From IMG/VR virus record IMGVR_UViG_3300042987_003044, positions 1 to 53,451 of that record: a stretch of DNA of 53,451 nucleotides; one strand, given 5' to 3'. The DNA is from a virus (taxonomy: Duplodnaviria > Caudoviricetes). How positions within the stretch are numbered: position 1 is the first letter of the stretch; every line of letters starts with the position of its first letter. Below the pieces are notes generated by a model. The model searched no databases and had not been told where the DNA came from. It worked only from the letters and a program-made list of their open reading frames with translations. This document shows positions 39,701 to 47,447 of this stretch, piece by piece. The position numbers and the translations under genes were made by a program.

Positions 39701-42645
39701 ATTGGTGTTCCAGTTGAATAATATTCAATAAGGTCGCCATCATTAAAATTATGATTTGTAAATGTAACAGTACTATCAATAGTAGAAATTCCAGTTGGAC
39801 CAACAAATAATGTTCTATTTGTGTAATTAGAACCAGGATCTATTACTTTAACCGAATTTAATGTGTTGTTCGATACTGTTCCAAATTGATGTATCCCCGA
39901 AAGATATTGTGTAGTAAAACCTACTGTATTAATTCCGGAAACATAATCATTTAAAGTTTCATAAATTTGTATAGTTTTATTATTAACAATACTTGCATAA
40001 TATGAAGATCCATCTACTAAAGTTCTCTCCTGACTTAGATTGGATCCACCAAAAATACCTATGCCAATATCATTTCCTACAGAGTTATAAATTATTTTCT
40101 CACCACTTTTAAAGTTATGATCAGTAAGAAAGGTTATCGTTTCATTTGTAATATCAATTCCACCACCTTCAAATATCTGCCTACCATCAAAAGAAACACT
40201 TCTAAATCTTTTACTTAGAAATGGCTCTAATTTACATCCAGTTCCATTGCCACCTTCTACTGTAACAGATAAAACTTTTTCAATATCAAAATCCTGAGGA
40301 TCTATCAAAACTTCCTTAACAGATCCACTAACAACCGGCTGAATTAGTGCAGTTACACCAGAACCTATGGATGGTGAAGATACTTGAATTCTGGGTAAAT
40401 TAATAACATCATAATTTTCTCCACTATTTAAAATTAAAACATTCTTCAGAGGTCCATAATAAATTTTATTTAAATAAGAATAATTTAAAATTTCAACCCC
40501 ATTTTTTAACAAACCCAAAGATCTGTAATCTTTGGTTTTATTTCTTTCTCCAGAAGATAAATTTTTCTTTATTGGAAACTTTCTTAGTATTTTTTGAATT
40601 CCAATTTCTTTTGATCTTTGAATTCCTAATGTAAATGTATGAGGTCCATCAGATTCTAATAAAGGCAATAAATTTACAAAATTACTAGAACCAATGAAAG
40701 ATTTTGATTCATATAATCTTATTCTATCGGTACTAGTTACTTCAACATAATATAATTCTCCTGAAGTTAATCCGGGAATATCATTGGAAGAATTGTAAAT
40801 TATATAATCTCCAGTTTTGAACGGATTATTTACAATCTTAATTAATGAATAAAATCCAGTAGTTGCATTTTTTCCATCTAGATATTCTTCTGTAGCATAT
40901 GGTATTGTTTTTTCAATGATATTTTCACTGATTGTGTATGATGGCAATCCATTTGCTGAAACATATAAATATTCATCATTTTCATTATAAACATTTTGAA
41001 TATTTGATAATACATTATCATTACCATATTCAATAGGAATTGTAGTACTTATTGCTTTATCTATTTTTCTACGAATATCAAAATATGTCGATCCAGAATT
41101 TGGATTAAAATTGATGAGATTTGATACTTCTACAGTATTTGTGGAAGTATTAATATTAACAATAAATGGTACATTGAGAGTAGAATGCGCTACAGTTTGA
41201 GTTCCTCTATATAGAATCTCAACATTATCCCCAACCTTGAGACTTGATTTGTCTATAGGACTTTTTAATTTAAATGATGATCCTAATATTGATTCTATTT
41301 GGTATCTTGAACTAGTATTATAAATCCAAGAATTTGCAAAAATTTGCTTAAATGAATCATTATTATTTGGAATAATTTCACCAACACTTTTAACACCAAA
41401 GAAATCTCCAGAATTAAATCCATAAACTGGTTTATAAAAATCTAAACCAGAAATAACCCCGGTAATTCTCATCTCTACTTTTTTGTCGGTATCACCATTT
41501 TCATATCCATATGCAAATTGCTGCACTCTTATATCATCAGCACAATCAAGTTGTTCAACTATGTTAGTGCAATTTAAAAATTGATTTACTGTCTTATCTC
41601 CATAAGAGATTATATTATTTCCAGACACTAGTAATCCAGTTTTTGGAAATCCTATTGTACTATCGACAGAAATTATAGATGAACCTATAGATACATTTTC
41701 TAATACTCTTGTTTTGGGGTGAATAAAAAATTCACCGGTTATTAGATCTTGTGTGCCATATCCGACAAATAAAGATAATTCATAATATATTTTTCCATTT
41801 CTATTAATTATTTTTACTTCTGAAACTGATGCTTGATTTTCTGGTGAGTCAGATCTCTGTATTGTTTGTCCAACCAGATTGAGTGGATTACCAGATAAAG
41901 ACTCTACAACTATTACCTTTCTACGAATAAATTCTGAAGAAGATGGTTTTATTAAGAATTTTTCTAAATCAATGACTGAAATTTCTTCGCCATATAAAAC
42001 TCTAAAAAGAATCTTAAATGATTCTGGTGTCCCCTTTGCCTGATAAAATGATTTTGCTTCTTTTATAAAATTGCCAATATTAATCTCAGAAGAAAAATCT
42101 ATATTTTCTAATCCAGGAGTATAAGTATATTTTATTTTTTTATAAAACTCTTTTAAAAATAAAGAGCTTAAATTTATTACTTTTGTTTGACTACTATGAG
42201 ATTCTGCATTACTTTGAGAAAAAACTAGTTCTTCTGGATCATTAACTTTATGAAAATCAGTAATTCCACTGAAACCACGAATACATCCAGTAAAACTATT
42301 TGTTGTAATTCCAGTATATGTGATAATTTCATCGTCTATTTTTAATAGACCATATCTATTTGGATATCCTTTAGTACTATCAACGTATATAACTTCATCA
42401 TCTTCATCAATATTATAAGATAATGACGTATCTAATGAAACTATTTCTGGAATTAAGTTATCTAATCTAATATAATTGTCTAAATTATCACTAATGTCAA
42501 CTGGTCCGCCGGGAAATTCTAGCGATTTATAATATTGTTTAAAAAATTCTATAGAATTGGGATTTTGATCGACAATAAATTCTGGTAATTGATTGTCGAT
42601 GATATCTTGAATTTTTACTTTTCTATCAAAAATATTTCCTGACAT
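30754..42645 (-). CDS. gp7: Giant baseplate wedge initiator-like protein (3963 aa)
   Basis: Lies between gp6 and gp8; NQLPEFI, FYQAKGTPESFKILF, YYQNLSYSIKS and LLHPIG motifs typical of gp7-like proteins. Confidence 0.82.
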   Translation of the reverse strand: MSGNIFDRKVKIQDIIDNQLPEFIVDQNPNSIEFFKQYYKSLEFPGGPVDISDNLDNYIRLDNLIPEIVSLDTSLSYNIDEDDEVIYVDSTKGYPNRYGLLKIDDEIITYTGITTNSFTGCIRGFSGITDFHKVNDPEELVFSQSNAESHSSQTKVINLSSLFLKEFYKKIKYTYTPGLENIDFSSEINIGNFIKEAKSFYQAKGTPESFKILFRVLYGEEISVIDLEKFLIKPSSSEFIRRKVIVVESLSGNPLNLVGQTIQRSDSPENQASVSEVKIINRNGKIYYELSLFVGYGTQDLITGEFFIHPKTRVLENVSIGSSIISVDSTIGFPKTGLLVSGNNIISYGDKTVNQFLNCTNIVEQLDCADDIRVQQFAYGYENGDTDKKVEMRITGVISGLDFYKPVYGFNSGDFFGVKSVGEIIPNNNDSFKQIFANSWIYNTSSRYQIESILGSSFKLKSPIDKSSLKVGDNVEILYRGTQTVAHSTLNVPFIVNINTSTNTVEVSNLINFNPNSGSTYFDIRRKIDKAISTTIPIEYGNDNVLSNIQNVYNENDEYLYVSANGLPSYTISENIIEKTIPYATEEYLDGKNATTGFYSLIKIVNNPFKTGDYIIYNSSNDIPGLTSGELYYVEVTSTDRIRLYESKSFIGSSNFVNLLPLLESDGPHTFTLGIQRSKEIGIQKILRKFPIKKNLSSGERNKTKDYRSLGLLKNGVEILNYSYLNKIYYGPLKNVLILNSGENYDVINLPRIQVSSPSIGSGVTALIQPVVSGSVKEVLIDPQDFDIEKVLSVTVEGGNGTGCKLEPFLSKRFRSVSFDGRQIFEGGGIDITNETITFLTDHNFKSGEKIIYNSVGNDIGIGIFGGSNLSQERTLVDGSSYYASIVNNKTIQIYETLNDYVSGINTVGFTTQYLSGIHQFGTVSNNTLNSVKVIDPGSNYTNRTLFVGPTGISTIDSTVTFTNHNFNDGDLIEYYSTGTPISGISTTNQYYILKIDNDTFRLANAGTNKDTTDYNRKKFATFKSSGSGFNVFKYPEIKVNILVSYGSTFTGNIVATPVVRGKIVDAYLYESGVGYGSSLINFEKKPFIFIKTGKDALLRPVIINGSIVRVEVESSGTEYYSTPDLLVVGDGVGCKLRPVIVDNKIVDVIVLSSGVNYTLPKTSISVIPAGYNALLDIKIRDLSIDSRSRFGNFVLQDSKNKLQYGCISYDTSLFSQEFNDNGDFHSPIIGWAYDGNPIYGPYGHSDPEDLTSDLKVIESGYILNTNNIQNRPSTTEFPYGTFVEDYIFNNSGDLDIYNGRWCKTPEFPNGTYAYFATVNTINNSGIYPYFIGEYFRSPVIIDNFNLDQDFDFENSKLIRNTFPYKSNEKYADNDFIVESNEIVDQKILIESVSSGSIDKCLVETRGSDYKVGDFVEIDNSNTNGGGFSAKVSQIYGKEVDRIDTEVDTYDDFIFTWTNTREISAYISTSHQLFDNDIVTISGLSTFVNNLSGSKICKVESDSSILLAPIPSGTGIVTDIYLSSIPSTLFIDDVIQIDNENLTVLNIFDTNKILRVKRTLTGIAHTLSTPVSFVKNKFKVQVKTDYFESKINDKVYFNPQYSVGIGTTSGLAWIVPTSVGEVDKDVSVPTQSIYLPNHPFKTGQEVTLSKPPLSSSLLAKKTSDGASFSLPNGDSERVYIIKKSNNYIGLCTNVELTTSSDGLFFVNNGSDEYEYYFESNYTQVTGKVERITASITLKTEHNLEENDIIDLNVQPKTTVGIGTSSSVKVIYDDSIQKILINPIGFSSSGINTATNEITVINHNFNTGDKVYYKNALGPIPVGLQTGSYYIYRINSNKFSFAETLYDLNLNPPNLVSIASSGGSSQFVYNINPQINITKNNSLKFDLSDTSLFGYEFKLYYDKNFNKEFKSTESSEEFITSGIGTVGLSTDASFTLDFSTQIPDELFYSLEKDGVSVFSDVDVVNYSKLSFVDSKYNGRYSVTGIGSTTFSFTLLENPIILGYSADECDILEYSTTSKTENGGVNKINIISNGFNYKKLPTFSKILSENGKGASIRLSSSSIGKVADIKVFNQGYDYSVDNTLNPQSYFPTILELINTDKVESIEVLDGGKNYISEPSLVILNSETREVYPYGQLKPILNNSSIGSVEILETPYGLSPIESEVFSINNTNGIPITSVSYNSSSGIVTCIIETPVLGFPTPIFSTGDLIFVEGIQNTSESGDGFNSSDYGYVFFEVYNYFNTNPAVIEYKISNFSSDGGTPSINPSINSLIVDYSNYPKFKVTQNNSKFTIGEKVLVKEGEFFVEKDLQITSSGDKNAYVDEKYDNLEIGNIIKGKISGVIGEIKSILKQNNQLNIDSYTEKDFGWQSDVGKLNDYYQVTIDSDYYQNLSYSIKSSKQYDEISSPVNQLLHPIGLKNFADTQVSSSSTVGVKEFLTNDSVTIDYIDENRVDTINNFDLVLDTNVVSNYSKFLRLKNKKLTDYIDCISNVVLKIDNIQDLFSNVDNRVANTAETQKIITYTDNYSDFLIQIKDPKTSDIQLIEISTLNDLDNIYILEKANIFSTENKISDINGFIDFNNKNALEIIPDDPFDTDLDVKILKSNFSSVESGIGTYSIGLVNLSGIAATSGIGSTVSIISFDTNQLSSVYVSTQIIQKPSGESNFVDIYLTTDGTDSYISEYYFDTLDNTSLSSNSIGTFSSYIDSQILTLTYENSTDSELLIRSKVVGFGSTASGIGTYIFLSDDQPEDSTQSVKYDSNFSVSTGTTTIVSEDLSSISAFKTIVKVSIGNTSALHQVLTIHNSEDVYTKNYPFLSINNSSGIGTFGGRLNGTNVELVFYPDSEYNSSQYLLQSFNQAFYSEYDSLNTPNQLEYGKIRESVSIAFFNAINGDRYSKNSFPLEHKNFSIFEKTFNPTNSSILDPSTGIFTIKNHFFSTGERLIYTEGSTFNTISPLPLGIGSTLNSVGVLTTILPKEVYAIKIDEDKFRISTRYDYSTTGSGIGVTFTSLGSGNAHKFEMYKKLEKTVLSLDGVVQNPIKYTPISHTLQYNGGQVGIDTTIFSLSGISSVFFFDVLKIDDEYVDVVNVGLGQSRFGPITGIGTFKLVEVERGFIGSSATSHTDSTNVRVYRGAYNIKGSKIYFTNAPKGRSLSDENETNLPRPASSFNGRVFLRQDYTTNVIYDDISDQFTGIGVSMNLTVQGINTTGVQPGSNLVFINDIFQTPSTENNSGNNYETVEESGKTKIVFTGITSSNGQIIVSETDVNQNQLPRGGIIVSLGSTDGIGFAPLVGASVTASVSGGTITSIGIGTTGNWGSGYNKNIGIVSITDSTGTGAVISAIVGLGGTLSFNISNGGSGYTNPQLILPEPSYENLPVIGVSRLSTGITTETGTGLLMSVEVGPSYGSTGIGSTYFSVNSFKITRPGYGFEIGDVFKPVGLVTDARLANPISDFTLTVTEIFTDSFSAIELGELDYIDTIKFLQDGERVRFPLIYQGNTLSFETNNPILDLNSVLLIFIDGVIQDPGVSYQFSGGSSFTFTEPPKPENNIAIFFYRGTRGVDSNIVNVVETLKVGDTVQAIKNDNIYGSVSQNPRTIVGINTSDEFETNIYFGPGIETDEPNYKILSWTKQKSDYIINGQPVYKSRNSLESRVYPTAKIIKNVNVSDSEVFVDDSRFFLYEENESPIDIIDFDVLIVENSNPVSAGLSAVVSVGGTIQSISIINPGSGYTGGSIDVKISAPPNIMSGIGSIASAVANISNGSVSTPITITSPGFGYDPSIPVQVIVESPAVRYENIRNVANVEGFSGIVTGITTTTGTLSNPLALKFNLRSTDALTFDGLEVGYPIYIYDTKVGSGVTSIDSDNSAVIGVGTQFLNNIYYIHSITKLAANAEIICNVKSDSSVIGISTFGSITNPLGRFSWGRLSNFERLSPIGIAVSSFTINSGLSSFPVMQRRGYGFEGLGALRPNIPI

Positions 42646-42646
42646 T

Positions 42647-44575
42647 TTATTCTCTTATTAGCGATCCATTTGAGTAACTTGAAACATAATAATCTTTTAT
42701 AAATGTTGATCCGGAAATATCATCACCGGAAGAAATCACATCTCTAAGCATATTTATCTTACTAGATTGAACAGAAAATGAAAGATATAAATCTTTCAAT
42801 CCAACAACATCATTAGATTCTGGATATGCTTGAATTTCTATAATATTATTTGACCTTGCTGTTGAGGTGATGTTTAATGAATTTAAAATAATTTCACCTT
42901 TAACATAATCAACAGTTCCTGCAGATTTTATAACCACGGGATAATTTCTAGATCCTTCGGCAATTTTTACAATAGAAATTATACCTTTACCACTTCCATC
43001 CAGATTGCCATTTGAATCTTTATTTGGAACATCAGTTAAATAAACTAAATCAGAAACGCCAGATATTCTAAATCCAGTACTCTTAATATTGAATCCTTTA
43101 GAATCAATATGAAATTGATTTCCATAGCAAATTTCATATTGTGCAAATTGATTAATCAAAGCATTCAAATCTCTTCTGATAATAACTTTTGTTATATTGG
43201 AGGTTATAGATTGATCGACATTATCTATTATTTGTAGTAGTTTACTATACTTAAATCTTCCTCCAAATTTATTTAAATTGACAGATGATGCATATGTGTT
43301 TAATGAATTAATAATATTGGTTCTTAAAGACTCTACCGTAGTTATTTGTGTGGAATTATAATATATCGACGTGTCAATCTCAACATAAAGAACCTTCAGA
43401 TCTACAATTTCTTGAGATATTCCTGATAATGTATAATTTTTTAATTTAAGTAAAATGTTTCGTTTATCAAAATCAGAAACAATTGTTCCATTTTTTGGTT
43501 TAATACTAATAAGCACTTTTCCATATTGTGGAGGACTAAGTTCTTCTCCACCAACGACAGAAACTGACTCTGTATTTGGATAAATGTTTTGTATTATAGA
43601 CTCGTAATCTCTTCCAGTTACTGCTCTATACTGTGAAGAATATAACCTGGGAGCAAAATATTTAATAGAATCAATTGGCTCAATATCGCCACCATTGGAT
43701 GCTGGAATAACGGTGGATATTATAGTATTATTTGGATTTGTTATTGTCGCACCAGCAGAATTTAGCAGAGTTCCAGAAAAACTAAAGTTTGATGGACCAT
43801 TACCTTCTTTACCATTGGATACAATATATCTTGCAGTAATTACGGACTCATTTTCTAATTTTTTTCCAAAAAATCCGTCACCGAAAAGTATTTCATACTT
43901 CTCATCTTTAATTTCCTGAAGAAGATATATTCTAGAATCCTTATTTAAGTTTAAAATATTATCAATTTTTTCATATTCAACACCTAGTCCAGTGTCTGAT
44001 GGACCTTTAACATAAACACTTAAAGTGTCGGTGTCAATTGAATCATTGTCCAAAATAAATCTTTGATCTAATGAAGTATTAGCAGTAAATATTTTGTCTA
44101 ATAAAGTACCTTCATATATTTCAAGTGGTTTTGCAATAGATCCAAAAACTGCCACACCATTTCTAACAGGAGTTGTTACATCTTGTGGTATTGAAAATGT
44201 ATATGATGATGAATCATAATTCCCAAGACATATTACACCAGCCTTCAAGGTAAGTGTAGAGGTAGGTGCAGTAACATTTACCGTCAATACAATTCCAGCT
44301 TTGGCAGATCTCTTAGGTCTTGGTACATAACCAATATTTCTGGCAAGAGAAACAACATTCTCTCTTACAGTCGCAGAGTCTAAAAAAGACTCATTTACAA
44401 CCATATTAGAGTTAAATGCCGTAATGTATGTATTATACGCTAAAGTATCAATTAAAACTGAAAAGTTAGATCCTTCAAAATCAAAATCCGTAAAATTGGA
44501 ATTTGCTCTGAGGTAATCTTTAATTGATGTTTTTATCTGATCAAAATCTAGATTGGTAAACTTAGTGAAAGGCAT
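42647..44575 (-). CDS. gp6: Baseplate wedge subunit
   Basis: LDFDQIK, FTDFDFEGS, ESFLDSA..RENVVSLA and QYRAVT..DY motifs. Confidence 0.96.
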   Translation of the reverse strand: MPFTKFTNLDFDQIKTSIKDYLRANSNFTDFDFEGSNFSVLIDTLAYNTYITAFNSNMVVNESFLDSATVRENVVSLARNIGYVPRPKRSAKAGIVLTVNVTAPTSTLTLKAGVICLGNYDSSSYTFSIPQDVTTPVRNGVAVFGSIAKPLEIYEGTLLDKIFTANTSLDQRFILDNDSIDTDTLSVYVKGPSDTGLGVEYEKIDNILNLNKDSRIYLLQEIKDEKYEILFGDGFFGKKLENESVITARYIVSNGKEGNGPSNFSFSGTLLNSAGATITNPNNTIISTVIPASNGGDIEPIDSIKYFAPRLYSSQYRAVTGRDYESIIQNIYPNTESVSVVGGEELSPPQYGKVLISIKPKNGTIVSDFDKRNILLKLKNYTLSGISQEIVDLKVLYVEIDTSIYYNSTQITTVESLRTNIINSLNTYASSVNLNKFGGRFKYSKLLQIIDNVDQSITSNITKVIIRRDLNALINQFAQYEICYGNQFHIDSKGFNIKSTGFRISGVSDLVYLTDVPNKDSNGNLDGSGKGIISIVKIAEGSRNYPVVIKSAGTVDYVKGEIILNSLNITSTARSNNIIEIQAYPESNDVVGLKDLYLSFSVQSSKINMLRDVISSGDDISGSTFIKDYYVSSYSNGSLIRE

Positions 44576-44576
44576 T

Positions 44577-44978
44577 TTATCTAGTTGCCTCTAATATGAA
44601 GGAAAATTCTTGAGTCGGAAATTCTTGTCCGATGATGTCGAATATTACTAAAACATCAAATGCATTCTGATCATAAAGTGGATTAACCTCAACCTTTAAA
44701 TTATCAATTCTATTTTCAAAATTTTCAATTGTAATTTGTATTTCTCGTTGAATTACGGATGCAGTAGCAAAATCGACAAAATCAAATAATGATCTTCTAA
44801 CATTTGATCCTAAAATAGAATTGAAAAATCTTTCAGTTGGTATAGTCTCAACTAAATTTCTGACAGATCTACGAATTGCATTTTCATTTTTCAAAACTTG
44901 CAAATCATTCGTTATCGGATGAGGAACAAATGATAATGTAATATCCTTAAATGCTCTAGATATTCTAGTAACTGCCAT
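44577..44978 (-). CDS. gp25: Baseplate wedge subunit / sheath initiator
   Basis: FKDITLSF..HP.TND and NENAIRRSVRNLV...ERFF motifs. Confidence 0.93.
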   Translation of the reverse strand: MAVTRISRAFKDITLSFVPHPITNDLQVLKNENAIRRSVRNLVETIPTERFFNSILGSNVRRSLFDFVDFATASVIQREIQITIENFENRIDNLKVEVNPLYDQNAFDVLVIFDIIGQEFPTQEFSFILEATR

Positions 44979-45000
44979 CGGACAAGAATATTTCTTGCAT

Positions 45001-45008
45001 TATTTATA
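45001..45008 (-). promoter_or_regulatory. Late promoter TATAAATA for the gp25-gp6-gp7 operon
   Basis: Exact consensus 23 nt upstream of the gp25 ATG. Confidence 0.8.
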
Positions 45009-45015
45009 TTGATCC

Positions 45016-45261
45016 TTACCAAGAAGAACCATATGTTGGTTCTGTACCGTAATTCCAATCATCATAATCATCATCATTACGAATTTTTTTATGCATACTT
45101 TCACTTAAGTTGTGCTTATTTTTGGGAATTTCATCGTGCATGATCTCTTGAATTACTTTTTTATTTTCTTGAATCGAAGAATAATCGGTAATTAATTTGT
45201 CAGTACCCCACATCTGATACATGTAGTCTGAATTTCGATCTGGATTTGGTTGAGTTGCCAT
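45016..45261 (-). CDS. Hypothetical protein
   Basis: 81-aa ORF on the coding strand. Confidence 0.7.
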   Translation of the reverse strand: MATQPNPDRNSDYMYQMWGTDKLITDYSSIQENKKVIQEIMHDEIPKNKHNLSESMHKKIRNDDDYDDWNYGTEPTYGSSW

Positions 45262-45306
45262 CTGTTTTACTTGAAAATAAAGAAAACAGAACTTTTTACG
45301 GGGTTG

Positions 45307-45762
45307 CTATCCCGAATTTTTTTCTTCAATTAAATAAAAGTCATTTTCTAAAATTTTTTTTAAATAATTCTCATCCCACAGACTATAATAATCTGTTTTT
45401 GAGAGAATTTTTCTCATTTTTAACAAAAATTCGGAATTTTGATATAAAATTAAGTTATATTTTCCATTATTTGTCTGAACTCCATTGATAAAACTATCCT
45501 CATCCCTAAAATCATCGAAAAATTTATATTTTGGATATTTTTGATTCAGTTCAACAATTTTTTGATGAGCATAATTCAGGTCAATATGATTCTCAATTAT
45601 AAAAATAACGACACCAAACTCTTCATCTAGAGGTTTGATGTCGTTAATCGAACATTTTATTATTTTATAAGTATTTGCCTTTGCAAACGGACAAATCGAA
45701 TAACCGTTTAAATCTGGATGAGACTGTTGAATTCTTTGAATCCACTCGTCCAAATCCTTCAT
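45307..45762 (-). CDS. Hypothetical protein (CPFAK motif)
   Basis: Start reassigned to MKDLDEW, because the longer 5' extension overlaps another gene. Confidence 0.7.
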   Translation of the reverse strand: MKDLDEWIQRIQQSHPDLNGYSICPFAKANTYKIIKCSINDIKPLDEEFGVVIFIIENHIDLNYAHQKIVELNQKYPKYKFFDDFRDEDSFINGVQTNNGKYNLILYQNSEFLLKMRKILSKTDYYSLWDENYLKKILENDFYLIEEKNSG

Positions 45763-45766
45763 ATAG

Positions 45767-45913
45767 TTATTTACCCTGTCCTCTGTACTTCTTTCGTGCC
45801 CCATTGCGAGATGAAGCGGCATACTTAGTACCACCACCATCTCCTTGACGAGATTTTTTAGGAGGACCAGGAATATAAGAGCTCTTGTTCAATCCAACTT
45901 TTGCTTTTGCCAT
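45767..45913 (-). CDS. Small basic protein (48 aa, ...KKSRQG...KKYRGQGK)
   Basis: Manual translation; AGGAG SD upstream. Confidence 0.8.
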   Translation of the reverse strand: MAKAKVGLNKSSYIPGPPKKSRQGDGGGTKYAASSRNGARKKYRGQGK

Positions 45914-45916
45914 TTT

Positions 45917-46093
45917 TTAATCTCCTTTTATAATTTGTGTAGTTATTTCACTTGGATGTGGTGATCCATTTTGATAATATTCAACTGCCAGATCTTCAAG
46001 AATATCAAAATACTCAGTTTCCGTAAGATTTTGATATAGTACATTACCCTTATAAAGGATTGTGTACTTCTCACTGTGAATATCGTTAGTCAT
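45917..46093 (-). CDS. Small hypothetical protein (58 aa, MTNDIHSEKY...)
   Basis: Manual translation; exactly fills the gap between neighbours. Confidence 0.75.
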   Translation of the reverse strand: MTNDIHSEKYTILYKGNVLYQNLTETEYFDILEDLAVEYYQNGSPHPSEITTQIIKGD

Positions 46094-46097
46094 TCAA

Positions 46098-46856
46098 TTA
46101 AATGATTCTTGTTTTTTCGTGACCGACTCTAATACGAGGATCGCACCAGATTTCAAATCCTGCTTCCTTTGCATCCAAACAGAAACTCACATCCTCTCCA
46201 CACATATCCTGAACTTCTCCTGATTCAAAAACTTGCATCTTTGGAGCAAACCAAGGATATTTCATTTCAGAATGCTCAAATACACCGTGCTTAATGAGAA
46301 GCCATCCAAATCCAGTATAGTCGACTGTAAATGGTTTTTTACGCTTACTCATGGTTTCAAGAGTTTCGTGATTCATGACGCCGCCATTACCACGGAAATC
46401 ATCCTCATCTAACCAGTGTGCAACAGAGGTTGTCATACCATCTTCCGTACAATACCAACCTGCCGCAATGTCCTTATCCATAAGAACAAGTTGATAGAAT
46501 TTTTCGGTATTGAATACAATATCCGAATCAATCCAAAGTTGATAATCGTAATTCAGTTTTCCATCCCATGGAATCTGATCTGGACCTCTAAGTACATTTG
46601 CTCCAAGACACTTGCAACGAGCAAAATTTACCATTGAAGAATAATCTTGGGAAATTTGAATGCTTGCACCAGACTGGACCAAATCAAAGCATAACTGAAC
46701 AAAATTCTTAAGGTAGGTATATGATACTCCTCTACCAGGAAGACAAAAGACAATGCTTTTGCCTCTGATCATTTCTCTTGCCAAATTATAATCCCATTCT
46801 TCAATTGAGGTAGAAGATGTGGGTGCCTTTGCTTTTACAGTAAATCCTTTTGCCAT
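46098..46856 (-). CDS. Glycosyltransferase-like protein (GT-A fold)
   Basis: WIDSDIVF (DxD), TGFGWLLIK..VF, GEDVSFC and DPRIRVGH motifs. Confidence 0.8.
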   Translation of the reverse strand: MAKGFTVKAKAPTSSTSIEEWDYNLAREMIRGKSIVFCLPGRGVSYTYLKNFVQLCFDLVQSGASIQISQDYSSMVNFARCKCLGANVLRGPDQIPWDGKLNYDYQLWIDSDIVFNTEKFYQLVLMDKDIAAGWYCTEDGMTTSVAHWLDEDDFRGNGGVMNHETLETMSKRKKPFTVDYTGFGWLLIKHGVFEHSEMKYPWFAPKMQVFESGEVQDMCGEDVSFCLDAKEAGFEIWCDPRIRVGHEKTRII

Positions 46857-46878
46857 AAGTTAATAATACTATTTCAAT

Positions 46879-46907
46879 ATCATACAATATTATATAGTTC
46901 TTGTCAA
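46879..46907 (-). promoter_or_regulatory. Sigma70-type promoter for the glycosyltransferase operon
   Basis: TTGACA-17 nt-TATGAT on the minus strand. Confidence 0.8.
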
Positions 46908-47080
46908 CCTGCCTTCCGTGAGAAAATCTCTTTATAATTCAAATCTTCCTTATTCGCATTGCCAAAAATACTTATAAAATTGTTCAGCATTTTCCAGGTT
47001 TTTTCAAACTCACTTTTAGTCAGGGAATGATACAAACATTTATTTTTTAAGTAAATATCATATCTTTTTTCATTCTTCAT
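46904..47080 (-). CDS. Small hypothetical protein (58 aa, MKNEKRYDIYLK...)
   Basis: Manual translation; overlaps the upstream gene by 11 nt. Confidence 0.7.
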   Translation of the reverse strand: MKNEKRYDIYLKNKCLYHSLTKSEFEKTWKMLNNFISIFGNANKEDLNYKEIFSRKAG

Positions 47081-47246
47081 CATATTCTCTTAAAATAACT
47101 TCATTGGATTCGATTGCAAATTTAATCTGCGTATCCTCATACCAAGAAGCTTCATTCATAATCCATTCAGGAATTACTAAGTAGTATTCCCCAGATATTG
47201 GGTCGACTCCTATAGATCTAATTTCATCACCGAATTTTTTTTTCAT
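47070..47246 (-). CDS. AbrB/MazE-like small protein (58 aa)
   Basis: Manual translation ...GEYYLVIPEWIMNEASWYEDTQIKFAIESNEVIL matches the swapped-hairpin pattern. Confidence 0.65.
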   Translation of the reverse strand: MKKKFGDEIRSIGVDPISGEYYLVIPEWIMNEASWYEDTQIKFAIESNEVILREYDEE

Positions 47247-47420
47247 CTCTGTTTTATGCGATCCTTTTTTTCTTTTTTTATATAGCGAAAATTTTTTTTT
47301 ATATTCGTGTTATGTAAAGGTCGCTTGGGTAACACTTTGTAGGTTAGGGGAGGTTGGGTTTTTATAAACCGCGCCCGGCGACGTTATAACAAACCCCCCA
47401 CAATTAACTGCCATATCACG

Positions 47421-47447
47421 AACGAATAAGGGGGCAGAGATGCCCCC
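47421..47447 (-). terminator. Probable terminator ending the early region
   Basis: Minus strand GGGGGCA-TCTC-TGCCCCC-TTATTCGTT just after the last early gene. Confidence 0.55.

Noticed and set aside
45763-45840. 5' extension of the 177-aa ORF, and similar extensions at 47761, 48234, 48723, 48986, 50368, 50638 and 52904
   Set aside because: The extensions overlap better-supported small genes or promoter elements, so downstream ATGs were chosen
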